A stretch of DNA of 63,967 bases, the filler included. It is 13 parts of 13 records of this genome, joined end to end, with 100 filler letters (N's around TTAATTAATTAA, not from the genome) between each part and the next. Parts side by side here need not be neighbours in the genome. Positions count along the whole stretch, not along the records: positions 1 to 3,151 come from SRR15195285_7426; positions 3,252 to 10,416 come from SRR15195285_7434; positions 10,517 to 16,877 come from SRR15195285_7435; 10 more parts are not named here. The stretch is one strand, 5' to 3'. Positions 1 through 11,050 of the stretch are shown here, piece by piece. The position numbers and the translations under genes are program-made. The stretch's first letter is position 1; the number at the start of each line of letters is the position of its first letter. A model generated the notes under the pieces. That model saw only the letters and a program-made list of their open reading frames with translations, had not been told where the DNA came from and did not search any database.

Positions 1-28
1 TGTGTGTGTGTGTGTGTGTGTGTGTGTG
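1..28. repeat. (TG)n microsatellite at contig start
   Basis: 14 TG units read directly. Confidence 0.95.
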
Positions 29-98
29 GAGGACTTGAATTGGTGCCAAGCTTGGAGCCTGTTCGAATCCTGGTTGCGTACGCGCGGCCGTAGGGACG

Positions 99-1670
99 AT
101 GGCGAGTGACACCTGGAACGGCGGTACACAGCTGGTGCAGATGCCTGCTCGCTCGTTTGAGGAGGACCGCAAGTTCATCCACGAGGACGGAACGCAGAAG
201 GGCATGTATCACATCCGCGAGGGGTTCGTCCCGAACATGCGTGTGCCCGGAATTTTCTACGTGAACGACCACCTCTCGGAGCTGATGTTTGACGAGCTCA
301 AGCACAGCTGCGCCAACCCGAGCGGGCGCGGCGGTTTTTTGCCAGCTGTCAAGCAGATCGCCAATGTGAGCTGCCTGCCAGGCATCGTTAAGGCCTCGAT
401 CGCCATGCCCGACTGCCACTCCGGGTACGGCTTCGCTATCGGCAACGTCGCGGCGTTTGACATGGGCGATCCGGAGGCCGTCGTGAGCCCTGGCGGGGTG
501 GGATTCGATATCAACTGCGGCGTGCGCGTGCTGCGCACCAATCTGACGGAGGCTGATGTGGCTCCTGTCCGCCAGGAGCTGACGCAGGCACTCTTTGACC
601 ACATACCAGTCGGGGTTGGGAGCGAAGGTGTGATACCGACCACGATGAACGACCTCGAGGAGGCACTGGAGATGGGCATGGACTGGAGTCTCCGCGAGGG
701 CTACGCATGGCCGGAGGACAAGGAGCACTGTGAAGAGTACGGACGCATGCTCAATGCAGATCCATCCAAAGTTAGCAAGCGTGCAAAGAAGCGCGGCTTG
801 CCTCAGCTCGGGACACTCGGAGCGGGCAACCACTACGCTGAAATACAAGTAGTGGACGAGATTTACGACGTTCACGCGGCGGCAAAGATGGGAATCGACA
901 AGGTTGGGCAGGTGTGCGTAATGATTCACAGTGGTAGCCGTGGCCTGGGCCACCAGGTGGCGACGGACGCGTTGGTGAGCATGGAGAAGGCAATGAAGAG
1001 CCAGGGAATCAGGACAAATGACAGACAGCTGGCCTGTGCACGGATTGATTCGCCAGAGGGTCAAGACTACCTCGCGGCGATGGCGGCCGCCGCCAATTAT
1101 GCTTGGGTCAACCGGTCTTCTATGACATTCCTGTGCCGGCAAGCGTTCGCGAAGCAGTTTGGCAAGACGCCGACAGAGTTGGACATGCACCTGATCTACG
1201 ACGTCAGTCACAACATAGCAAAGGAGGAGGAGCATGTCGTTGACGGCGAAATCAAACGGCTCCTTGTGCATCGCAAGGGAGCAACACGTGCTTTTCCACC
1301 GCACCATCCGTTGATACCACTAGACTACCAGTTCACTGGCCAGCCTGTACTAGTCGGTGGTACCATGGGAACGTGCTCCTACATACTGAGTGGCACCGAG
1401 CAAGGGATGGCAACCACCTTCGGTTCAACCTGCCATGGCGCAGGCCGCGCTGCAAGCCGCAACAAGAGCCGCCACACGCTCGACTACATGGATGTGCTCC
1501 AGAAATTGGAAGAAAAGGGCATTGCCATTCGTGTCGCGTCTCCAAAGCTTGTGATGGAGGAAGCTCCGGAGAGCTACAAGGACGTGACACAGGTAGTCGA
1601 TGCATGTGATGCAGCAGGCATTTCACAGAAGGTAGTCAAGCTGCGCCCTATCGGCGTCGTCAAGGGGTGA
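99..1670 (+). CDS. RTCB: RNA-splicing ligase RtcB (tRNA ligase catalytic subunit), intronless, 523 aa
   Basis: Motifs [91 protein letters not shown]. Confidence 0.97.
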   Translation: MASDTWNGGTQLVQMPARSFEEDRKFIHEDGTQKGMYHIREGFVPNMRVPGIFYVNDHLSELMFDELKHSCANPSGRGGFLPAVKQIANVSCLPGIVKASIAMPDCHSGYGFAIGNVAAFDMGDPEAVVSPGGVGFDINCGVRVLRTNLTEADVAPVRQELTQALFDHIPVGVGSEGVIPTTMNDLEEALEMGMDWSLREGYAWPEDKEHCEEYGRMLNADPSKVSKRAKKRGLPQLGTLGAGNHYAEIQVVDEIYDVHAAAKMGIDKVGQVCVMIHSGSRGLGHQVATDALVSMEKAMKSQGIRTNDRQLACARIDSPEGQDYLAAMAAAANYAWVNRSSMTFLCRQAFAKQFGKTPTELDMHLIYDVSHNIAKEEEHVVDGEIKRLLVHRKGATRAFPPHHPLIPLDYQFTGQPVLVGGTMGTCSYILSGTEQGMATTFGSTCHGAGRAASRNKSRHTLDYMDVLQKLEEKGIAIRVASPKLVMEEAPESYKDVTQVVDACDAAGISQKVVKLRPIGVVKG

Positions 1671-1805
1671 CGGCGGCATGAGAGCCATTCCAAGTGCTAA
1701 TCAATACGATCGTGCTTAATTTTGCATCACGTCACAAACATTCATTTTGTCGTCAAGAATGGCATTCGAGGCACAGCGCGCGGCGCCAAGCACCGACGAC
1801 CAGTG

Positions 1806-3143
1806 TCAGCTTTGCTTCCGAAGCTGCTCCATGTTTGTGACTGACATTTGGTTCCGCACTTTGGCACGGTGTCCAATACCCTCAGCCTCCAATTCCTTCA
1901 GTCTTTTGGACAGGGTTGTCGCGCTCAGTTCAGCTGGCGAAGTCTGTAGGATCGCTTGGCATTCCGATGCTGTCTGAGTCTCGAGCAGCGGCACTGAAAG
2001 CTCTTGCAGCACGATCGTACATGCAAAAAGCACAGCCTTCAGCCAATCCTGGTCTTGCACACATCTATCCCAGATTAGAAAGAGGCCATCGGCCTGCAGC
2101 ACGCCAACCATTGCCCCTGTACACCACTGGAGGAGCATGTGTTCAGTTACAACGCGCCAAGGCTCTTGTGAAAGGTGCTTCCCTAGCGCTGGGTTCCGTC
2201 TCGCCACACTCGACATTATTGCTCTTGCTGCCTTCTCGCAGATTGTGACGTTGACCTGCTTTGCTTGCTGCTCGAGGATCTGATGTGCCATCGCTGCACA
2301 GGCCTCTGGTGGCTCGGCTGGCATGGCCATCGTGACTACCAGCGCGGTCCGCAACGCCGGCAGCGTGAGGTCTTCGCAGAGCAAGTAAAGGCATCCAAAC
2401 GACTCGATCAGACGCTGTGCACGTGCCTGCGTGGTGGCGTAAATCTGCAGACTCGTCGCCAGCGCTGTAGAGACCATCTGCCCCAGCAGCGCTGGGATAG
2501 GCTGGTTGCGTGCTGTATCGCCACGTGTGCGTTCCACCTTGCGCGATACTGCCTGCAGCTGCTCGAGAGAGGCAAGGCGCTGCCGCCAGAGCAACCGACG
2601 CATTCGCGGGGTGAGTCGACGTCCACGTAGGGTTGCTAAGATGGACTCAGCCTGAGCCGGTTGACGTTGCAACACTTTCTCGAGCCCCGCTCCAAGTGCT
2701 TCCAGCTCCAGCCGCAGCGCCGCGCGCCGTATTTCGCGCTTTTTATTCGGGCGCGTACCTGGCGGTATCTGAGGCACCACCACTCCATCGCGGTAGTGTG
2801 CCATGGCCACCGGGAGGGCATCCGCGACGACCTGTTTCCACTCGTCACTTCTCTGAAGTTGCATATCATCAGCACGAGCCTTCACGTGCGCGACCAGACC
2901 CGCACGCAGCTCTGTCTCCAACTCTGCGACGTCCGCACCGGACATGAACGGTCTGCCTAGCGCCGTGGGGTTGGGCGATACGCTCGGGTGCCGGCGCGCC
3001 ATGTACTGGCTGCCACACAGTCGGTGCATAATCTCGGCCTCCTGTGGCTGCCCGACGTGCTTTCGTGTGAACTCCTCTATGATGCCTTCGAGTCGATCGG
3101 CTAGCGCGGACTCGGCGACCGGGCGTCTTGTGTCATCCATCAT
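1806..3143 (-). CDS. Hypothetical helical protein with a degenerate Rab-GAP/TBC-like C-terminal half; may be 5'-partial
   Basis: 445-aa ORF; RMRRLLW and LLQW..GAMVGVL....LFLIWD resemble TBC-fold motifs; catalytic IxxDxxR not seen. Confidence 0.5.
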   Translation of the reverse strand: MMDDTRRPVAESALADRLEGIIEEFTRKHVGQPQEAEIMHRLCGSQYMARRHPSVSPNPTALGRPFMSGADVAELETELRAGLVAHVKARADDMQLQRSDEWKQVVADALPVAMAHYRDGVVVPQIPPGTRPNKKREIRRAALRLELEALGAGLEKVLQRQPAQAESILATLRGRRLTPRMRRLLWRQRLASLEQLQAVSRKVERTRGDTARNQPIPALLGQMVSTALATSLQIYATTQARAQRLIESFGCLYLLCEDLTLPALRTALVVTMAMPAEPPEACAAMAHQILEQQAKQVNVTICEKAARAIMSSVARRNPALGKHLSQEPWRVVTEHMLLQWCTGAMVGVLQADGLFLIWDRCVQDQDWLKAVLFACTIVLQELSVPLLETQTASECQAILQTSPAELSATTLSKRLKELEAEGIGHRAKVRNQMSVTNMEQLRKQS

Positions 3144-3151
3144 GCCCTCCA

Positions 3152-3251
3152 NNNNNNNNNNNNNNNNNNNNNNNNNNNNNNNNNNNNNNNNNNNNTTAAT
3201 TAATTAANNNNNNNNNNNNNNNNNNNNNNNNNNNNNNNNNNNNNNNNNNNN
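3152..3251. other. Artificial contig spacer (44N-TTAATTAATTAA-44N); also at 10417, 16878, 23161, 28436, 32045, 35866, 39512, 44975, 51133, 55719, 60784
   Basis: Identical 100-nt structure with stops in all six frames, repeated 12 times. Confidence 0.98.
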
Positions 3252-3723
3252 CAATTCTAGAATTCTCATGCGTGGTACCTTCTGTAGGTACGCCCCCGCG
3301 GCTCGGGCGGCATTGGAGAAGATGACAAGAGACACGGTACCAGTCAAATATCGCAGTCATCCCGAGATCGCAATTAATGTGGGAAATATCAGTGGTGTCA
3401 TTTTTCGGCGAAATCCTGGATCCGGTGTTCATCAACTGTCCATCATCTCGGAGCGATTTCCCTCGAAGAACTGGCTCGACTGGAGTGGACTGTATGGCCA
3501 ACGCATGCCAACGGCGCCGGTAGACAAAGAAATGTTCCGCGGCGCTGCGGTGCTCGGGCGGAGCCGCCGCAGGGTGGGCTGCTTGGGGCTGCTTGGGGCT
3601 GGGGCTAGCACTGTTCGCTGCGTTGCTGCTGGTGGTGCTGGTGGGGCTGGAGGGGCGAGGGGCGAGGGGTTGAGGGGGATTGTGACGGGGCTGGGAGGTA
3701 GGAGGACGCGGGGAGAGGGAGGG

Positions 3724-6280
3724 ATGGGGAAGCTGGTGGGGAGTGTGGATCAGGGGACGTCGTCCACGCGCTTCATCCTGTTTGACGAGGTAAGGGTTGC
3801 GGGTGGTACTGCTAGGCTGTGCTATGAGGTGGAGGTTGGCTGGAAAGATCCGCTGCGGTACTGCGGGCGGGTGCTGGGCGCTGCTGCTGCTGCTGCTGCT
3901 CTGATGATGACGACGATGCTGCTGCCACACCTGCTTCTGCGCCCACTCAGCTACTGCGCGCCGGCACAGTTGCTGCGCGCTGGCTTGCCGCGTGCTGTGT
4001 TGTACTGTGCGTGCTGAGTGGGTGCCTGATATGGCACAGGATGGCAAGATGGTCGAGAAGCACCAGATCGAGCTGCCCAATATCTACCCGCAGGAGGGCT
4101 GGTGCGAGCACGATCCGATGGTCATCATGGACGCCGTGACGACGTGCATCGACGAAACGATGAAGAAGGTAGAGGGTCGCTTCAGCCCTGCCGACGTCGC
4201 CGCAATCGGAGTGAGTCAGAGCGGCTGCGCCCAGCCCGATACTGCCGTCGCGTGCGCTGCCATCTAACCTTCCGTGTCGCCCCGGCTAGATCACAAATCA
4301 GCGCGAGACCACGGTCGTGTGGGACAAAACTACGGGCAAGCCCCTCCACAATGCCATCGTATGGTTAGATCTCCGCACCACCGAAACCGTGGCGAAGTAC
4401 TCCGCCGAAGCGGATGGTGGCCAAGATCGCTTCCGGGCCGTCTGCGGCCTCCCACTCTCGTGAGCAGCTGCTGACCCCGACACAGCCCCGCACCTCCACC
4501 CCACGCGCGCGCAGCGTTTTCATATCCCAGGCCCAGACCGCGCCCTGCATTACACAGCTGGCTAGTGCATCTGCTAAGCTCTCGAAATACGCTGGTTTTT
4601 TGTCGTCGTTGTGTGTCTCCTGCTGAACAGGACCTACTTCTCTGGTATGAAGCTACGCTGGATGCTGGACAATGTCCCTGCGGTTGCGGAGGGCGTGGCT
4701 AACGGTACCGCGCTGTTCGGCACCATCGAGTCGTGGCTTATCTGGAATCTTAGCGGCGGAATCCAGGGTGGCATCCATGTGACTGATGTATCGAACGCCT
4801 CGAGAACGATGCTGATGGACCTCGCTTCCTGCACCTGGCATGAGGAGACCTGTGCGACTCTCGACATTCCTATGACGATGCTGCCGTGAGCACTCAAGCA
4901 CTCACGTCTCGTGACTATAGCTGGCTAAATAGCGACTGCTGCTAGCTGCTCGTACTGCCCAACACCCCAGCCGCGCATCGAGTCGGACATCGCTTTGAGC
5001 TGGTGTCCTGTCCCGCTGTCGTGGCTGACGTGACATGCGGCGGTATCATTCAATGAACGGTCGCAGGAAGATCGTCTCCAACTCCGAAGTCTACTGTAAG
5101 CTCAGCAGTGGCGCACTTGCCGGTGTGCCGATTGCCGGTGCGTTGGGTGACCAACAGGCCGCGACGCTCGGCCAAGCGTGCTTCGAGGCAGGGCAGGCAA
5201 AAAATACATATGGTACTGGCTGCTTTATGCTCATGACCACCGGTCAAGGCACTCCAACTCACTCAAAGAACGGACTCCTCTCGACTGTGGGCTTTCAGCT
5301 TGGCCCTGGCCAGCCTGTGACCTACTGTCTGGAGGGGTCAGTTGCGATCGCAGGGGCGGGAGTGCAGTGGTTGCGCGACAAGCTCGGCATCATTGAATCT
5401 GCAGAGGCCATTGGCGGTGACGGAAAGGGTGAGCTGAAACAAATGTCTCACAGCTTCAACGCGCTGCCGATTGTCTTGACGTGGCGTGACCGACTTCGGC
5501 TTGATTGTGCGCAGGACTGATTGACACGATCGACGGCACGCACGGGCTGTGCTTCGTCCCAGCGTTTACTGGACTTTTTGCGCCTCACTGGCGAGACGAT
5601 GCACGTGGTCTGATCATTGGCCTCACACAGTATCACACATCTGCGCACATTGCCTTAGCCATGCTGGAAGCAGTGTGCTTTCAGACTCGAGAAGTCCTCG
5701 ACGCAGTGAGTTCACCTGTCCTGGCTTCACGTCCTTTGCGCGCTCGACTTTCGCGTTATTAGTCGCTGCGGCAACTCACAGCGTTGTACTGCGATGTGGC
5801 ATGGGATGCGCTGGTGACGCTTGCATGTATGGGCAGATGGGGAAGGACTCAGGAGTGTCGCTGGATTTGCTGAAGGTGGACGGAGGAATGTGTGTCAACA
5901 ACCGGCTCATGCAGATACAGGCGGATCTGCTAGGGGTGGTGAGCACTCACTGGCAATTAAATTTCTGATTCACATCGCCAGAATTGGCCTACATGTATAC
6001 CTCACCGTGTGAGTTATCGCCGCTTGCGCAGGAGGTGGTGCGCCCAGTGATGGTCGAAACGACCGCTCTCGGTTCTGCTGTCGCCGCTGGACTGGCAGTG
6101 GGGGTCTGGTCAGGCACTGACGACGCTAGATTGGCCAATGTCACTGCTGCAGAGCAATCTTTCACCCCTTCTATCGACGCAGATGAGCGAGATAAGCGAT
6201 TCAAGCAGTGGATGCGTGCTGTAGAGCGTTCGATCGGCTGGGCGACTGTGGACGATGAGGATGGGAAAGCTAGCATTTAG
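3724..6280 (+). CDS. GK: Glycerol kinase (FGGY family), 8 exons: 3724-3789, 4040-4210, 4290-4459, 4631-4885, 5067-5428, 5515-5705, 5837-5938, 6032-6280
   Basis: [61 protein letters not shown] and ETTALG are joined in frame by seven GT..AG introns. Confidence 0.95.
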
Positions 6281-6500
6281 CGCCGCAGTGGCGCTCTCTG
6301 GGGTCAGTACTTTCATCTTCACGACAATCGTGCTGATCAGCCTTGTCTGAGGTCTATTCACCTGTAAATAGATACGTCGGTAGACCCGACTACTCTCGCA
6401 TTCGAATAGGAGAGTGAAATGTACCGTATGTGAGCACGGCAGCTGTAGTGAAGGAAGCAAGGAGCGGGCATACGATACACGATTTATGTAAAATTACCGG

Positions 6501-9449
6501 TCAGTCATCTTCAGACGACTCGTCCGAATCAACGATCACCATCTCCGCCATTGAGTCGGCCACGCTTACAGCGCCACCCGCCGTCCCGGTCACCGCCCCG
6601 GTCGCCGCTCCCACCACTCCTGCTGCCACTCCAACTGTCGCTCCAAGTGCCGCCCCAGCCACCATTGCTTCCGCCCCCGTTAGTGGTGAGCTCATGTCAT
6701 CTGACTGCGCGGACCACATCGGGTTGGCCACGGCACCTTTCTTGCGTTGCCGAGCGAAGTCAGCCTCCTCTGACTTGGTGTTGAGCACCGTATAGTACGT
6801 CCCGGCGCCCGTGGCCAACAATATTGCCGTGATGAAGGTCCCAATCAGAATCAGGACTCGGAAGGACCCCCTTGCAAGTTCAATGAACTCGTGCTTCTGC
6901 ATGTCTGAATAGTCATGCCTGATCAGCGATGAGTTGGTCAACTGCAGGTTCGGCGCTATCAGCACATCCCAATACTCATCTGCGATCTCGTCGATGTTAA
7001 GCGCGAAGTACGCAGCAGCTCCAAACAAGCAGCACGACAGCAGCAGCGACACAACCACCATTCCGAGATACACCCGCAACAGGATTCCACCTTTAGCGCT
7101 GTTTGTTCTACACAGCCCCAGTAGCCCTAGAATGCTCTGCAACACCATGAAAACACCCATCCAGATGAGCATGTTCCACAACGACAGTGCTTGGAGCTGT
7201 CCTTCCACATCATCGGCATCGGCTAGCTGCTCGCCCATCGTAGCGAAGCCATTTGCAGCGCCCTTGACATCAGACAGGGCGTCGCCAGTCGATGAGCTGA
7301 GCACCTTGGCGATGATTGCAATCAAAAACCCTTGGATAAAGTTGAGGCACGTCAAATATGTCGTCAATTTGTTGACCAACAGGTACGTGCCACCAAGCGA
7401 ACCGCTGCCTGACAGTGCACTAACCATGGACGTGATAGTGACGCCCCATACGAGCTTCACTATTGTCTGCAGCTCGCCGTGGATCCACTTGACGTTATTG
7501 CAGGTCACGCCAGACTCGAATCCACAAACCGGGGTATCCCAGCCAACACCTGCTGTCTCGCAGTCGAAACACCGTGTAGTCGCTTCGCGCGTGATGGCGC
7601 TACAGTACCACAGGCGCCGCGGGGGTGGGGGCGAAGGTGTTGGTGCGGGACACTCCGCCTGACTGGCGGTGGGGTACAGGATCCCCGAATCAACCTCGGA
7701 AATCTCCAATCGCGTGCAAGGCCGAATCGAGTCGCGGGGCTCCATCCATTCGAAGCCTTCTTGCGTGCTGTCAACAACATCTGGACGATCAGCTGTAGTG
7801 CAGTTCGTTCCACCTGTGGTGTAGCAATAGCGTACAGCGTTCCCGTTGTCGTCGCGGGCACCAGCCCAGCAGTAGGAGCCGTCACCATAGGCAGTTTCGT
7901 TGCCCTCGAAAGTACCGTCGAAGCGTGGCACCATCTCAGCGTTCGGAAAGCCGCTGCCAGCCCCCACGCTCTGCGTGCCAACACGTGACCAGTGACATTG
8001 GCAGTCGAAGCACGCTCTGTTGCATGACCCGCCGCAATCCACATTTTCCTCGTCATTGTTCAGCAGGCCGTCGTGACACTCCTCTCCATCCCACCAGCTG
8101 CTGTTGGCCAGCATGATCGCCTCGGCGTTTTCTGTTCTGTACTCATCTGTGTCCGTCTCTTCAACTGGCTCTGGAGGCTCATTCAGTGTATCGCAGCCGA
8201 TGGGAAGCAAGTGGAATCCGAAGTTCTGGTTGATGATAGGCACGTCGACGGCTGCGATCTCTTCGCCGCCAACGGTCATGCTGAATAATGCGCTACCGAT
8301 CATGAATGGCCACAACATGCACACGCTGAGTAGCAGCACTCGGCGCTGAAACTTCCACCTGTCGCTGCCAACGGCGCTAGTTTCGACACGGATGAAGGTC
8401 GTGAAACCAGCAAGTCCAGTGGCCAGGAAAGCAAACACCATGAGCCAAACTCCATAGCTGAAAGCATCTTCGCCAAAAGTCGTGTATGCGTCTAGGTAGA
8501 TCATCTCGACGCACGCGGCAATCAGGCCAAGGGCAAACGTCAGCAGCAGGACATCAGACACGGCACCGACGGTCTTGTACACGTCCTCCGAGAGTGACAT
8601 CCGTAGCTTGTGTAGTGAATCGCGGTTGGACTTTGCTTCTTCCTCCTGGGAGTAGGACTGGACAACCTTGTTGATATTTTTAATAGTTACAAGCATGTCA
8701 GCAACCGGCTTCAGGGCGCCGTTCAGCGCGCGAAACGGGTCTTCTTTCTTCCCGGCTTTGAAGAGACTCACTTGTACGACCGCTCCGATGCAGGCAAGAA
8801 ACACGAAGAACGACATGGTCCAAACGCACAACGTATTTTCGCACCCAAATTCGTGTGTGATGATGCGGCGCCACTCCAGTCCCTCGGTGGCGGAAAAACC
8901 CATAGATGCAAAAAACTGCAGCCCCACGAACGCTCCAAAGAACGAGTGCATCAGGGACTCCGCTATATCCACCATGCCAGGCATCCTGCGGACGATGTGA
9001 ATTGCGCCCGAGACGGCGGCGACAACGAGGAATGTCAGCCACTCCATGTACGACACCACACCGGGGCGCTCCCTGATCACCTCCTTGTGAAGATGTCCCA
9101 TGTAGTAGCTGCTCGCCATAATCGTAATCAGGAATCCAATGCCAATGCTTTCAATCCTCTTGCCAATGTTGCTCCGCTTTATGCAGACGTACACACCGGA
9201 AAGGCTAGCCCACACGGCCCAAATGATCGCTACCACGTACGTAGCCGTGATGTCCAGCGACCCCTGATCTCCGCTGAGCAAGCCCTTGCGGTACGAGCCA
9301 CCGAGGATGACGTAGCCAACCAGAGGGCACGTAATCACCAGGAATGCCATGGTCACGCGCAAGACATGCGAAAACATCCGGCCAAAGAATATAACGAACA
9401 CGCAGCATATGAAGGGGAACGAGTTGAAGAACAGCTGCGCCGCGGCCAT
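6501..9449 (-). CDS. Multi-pass membrane protein: N-terminal TM bundle (DUF4203-like), Cys-rich extracellular region, C-terminal tetraspanin-like TM block; an upstream exon is possible
   Basis: 982-aa ORF with many hydrophobic spans; CHDGLLNNDEENVDCGGSC motif; a CAG acceptor immediately precedes the ATG. Confidence 0.7.
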   Translation of the reverse strand: MAAAQLFFNSFPFICCVFVIFFGRMFSHVLRVTMAFLVITCPLVGYVILGGSYRKGLLSGDQGSLDITATYVVAIIWAVWASLSGVYVCIKRSNIGKRIESIGIGFLITIMASSYYMGHLHKEVIRERPGVVSYMEWLTFLVVAAVSGAIHIVRRMPGMVDIAESLMHSFFGAFVGLQFFASMGFSATEGLEWRRIITHEFGCENTLCVWTMSFFVFLACIGAVVQVSLFKAGKKEDPFRALNGALKPVADMLVTIKNINKVVQSYSQEEEAKSNRDSLHKLRMSLSEDVYKTVGAVSDVLLLTFALGLIAACVEMIYLDAYTTFGEDAFSYGVWLMVFAFLATGLAGFTTFIRVETSAVGSDRWKFQRRVLLLSVCMLWPFMIGSALFSMTVGGEEIAAVDVPIINQNFGFHLLPIGCDTLNEPPEPVEETDTDEYRTENAEAIMLANSSWWDGEECHDGLLNNDEENVDCGGSCNRACFDCQCHWSRVGTQSVGAGSGFPNAEMVPRFDGTFEGNETAYGDGSYCWAGARDDNGNAVRYCYTTGGTNCTTADRPDVVDSTQEGFEWMEPRDSIRPCTRLEISEVDSGILYPTASQAECPAPTPSPPPPRRLWYCSAITREATTRCFDCETAGVGWDTPVCGFESGVTCNNVKWIHGELQTIVKLVWGVTITSMVSALSGSGSLGGTYLLVNKLTTYLTCLNFIQGFLIAIIAKVLSSSTGDALSDVKGAANGFATMGEQLADADDVEGQLQALSLWNMLIWMGVFMVLQSILGLLGLCRTNSAKGGILLRVYLGMVVVSLLLSCCLFGAAAYFALNIDEIADEYWDVLIAPNLQLTNSSLIRHDYSDMQKHEFIELARGSFRVLILIGTFITAILLATGAGTYYTVLNTKSEEADFARQRKKGAVANPMWSAQSDDMSSPLTGAEAMVAGAALGATVGVAAGVVGAATGAVTGTAGGAVSVADSMAEMVIVDSDESSEDD

Positions 9450-9789
9450 CTGGCCGCACGTGTGGCTACGAGCCCTTGTACTGCACCGCAGCTATCTCCC
9501 AATCTCTTGCTCTTCTCTCCGACGTTCCCAGCCCGTAGCCTACGATATCTGCGGACACCGGTCGAGTCTAGCCACGCGGATGCCCAGACAAGCCGGTCAG
9601 CAGGCCAGGTGGCTGTCCAACCGGCGCGCCCCGGGGGCGAGCCGTGAGCGCTGAGGGGCGGCAAAGAGAGTCAGACACGTCACGCAGTCGCCAGCCGCGC
9701 CAAGATCGTCGTGGCAGCAGTTGCGCATGACTCGAGCGAGCACACTCGTTCGTCATCGATTGCGCAACTCAATCAAGATACAGCAATTC

Positions 9790-10330
9790 CTATTACGGCT
9801 GTAGTACAAATGGTGGTACTATGTATGATAGTACCATACCATTCCCAGCGGTACTGGTACTTAGTATATTGTAATAACAACTGTAATTAGTACTAAGGTA
9901 CTATTCTACTAGTACTGTAGTACAGCCGTACTCGTAGAAGGTTCTGGTTCTGGTCCTGGTACTGTGCTACTCATACTATACTTCTCATACCATAGTACTG
10001 GTGCTACAAGTACTAGTACTCATACTAGTGGTACTACCTACTAGCTAGCTAGTAGTGCCCATGCTAACTGAGTACCCTACTGGTATCCAGCTGGTACTGG
10101 TAGTACTCAGAGTACTACTCGAGTAGTAGTACTTCTGGTACTCAAGTATAGATCCTATTGATAGTCTCGAGGAGTCTACTACAGGTACAGCTATGTACTG
10201 TACAGTAGAGCTCTACTCAGCTCAGAGTAGTACCGTACTGGTACGTACTACTATGAATGGTACTTGGTAGTACTCATCGAGTACCTAATATTTATTGTAC
10301 TCCCTATATCAAACATATACTAGTACAAGT
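9790..10330. repeat. Low-complexity TAGTA/GTAC/AGTACT-rich non-coding tract
   Basis: No ORFs; dense AGTACT, ACTAGT, GGTAC and TAGCTA words. Confidence 0.8.
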
Positions 10331-11050
10331 CGTCACGCTTGTACGCACTCACTTCTATCCCGCCCATAAGCTCGTGTGAACAAACATTAACACCCCGTTC
10401 GCCTTAGGCGCACCCGNNNNNNNNNNNNNNNNNNNNNNNNNNNNNNNNNNNNNNNNNNNNTTAATTAATTAANNNNNNNNNNNNNNNNNNNNNNNNNNNN
10501 NNNNNNNNNNNNNNNNTCTAGCTTACCATACTTGCTAAAGGTTGCAGGCATGGGTTTACCCTCTCATCATTACGCAACACTCTTATCCAGAGTGCTGTCG
10601 ACGTCGCGCCTGCACTGGTGCAGTCTCACGTGAGAGCAGCCCAATCACACCCGGCGCTCAGCAGTCCCATGCGCAGCCGTAAGCGGCCGTATGCCCTATG
10701 TGTAATGCTTTTCAATATGTTCCGGCGCTTGACATTGGTGATTAGGGGCATGCCGACGCATAGTGAGGGCATACTAGGTGGATAGCGTAATTTTACCACG
10801 ACAATTGATTTTCAAAAGCAGTCAGGATTCCGAAGACGGAAGAGCGCCCCGAACAATTGACCCAGAATATGATTCGAATCACATTTTCACCGGCGAGTTA
10901 ATTGACCCGCGCGCCCGACGACGGCCCGCGAGGATGGATCGTGTGTGCCGCGCGGCGCGTTCCGTCGCCGGCGATAGCTCTTGCGAGAGGGAGCAGGGAC
11001 GCTGCGGGCGAAAGTTTCCGTGCGGGGGTCTCTACCGACTACTACGTACC

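Noticed and set aside
3152-3251. Recurrent TTAATTAATTAA flanked by Ns as a repeat or CRISPR-like array
   Set aside because: Artificial six-frame-stop spacer used to concatenate contigs
3196-4080. Long ORFs 3196-4080 (-) and 3268-4017 (+)
   Set aside because: Shadow or read-through frames over the glycerol kinase promoter, exon 1 and GC-rich intron 1
99-6280. RtcB with neighbouring genes as an operon or RNA-repair system
   Set aside because: Eukaryotic intron-containing genes; glycerol kinase is on a different contig; RtcB looks like the ordinary eukaryotic tRNA ligase
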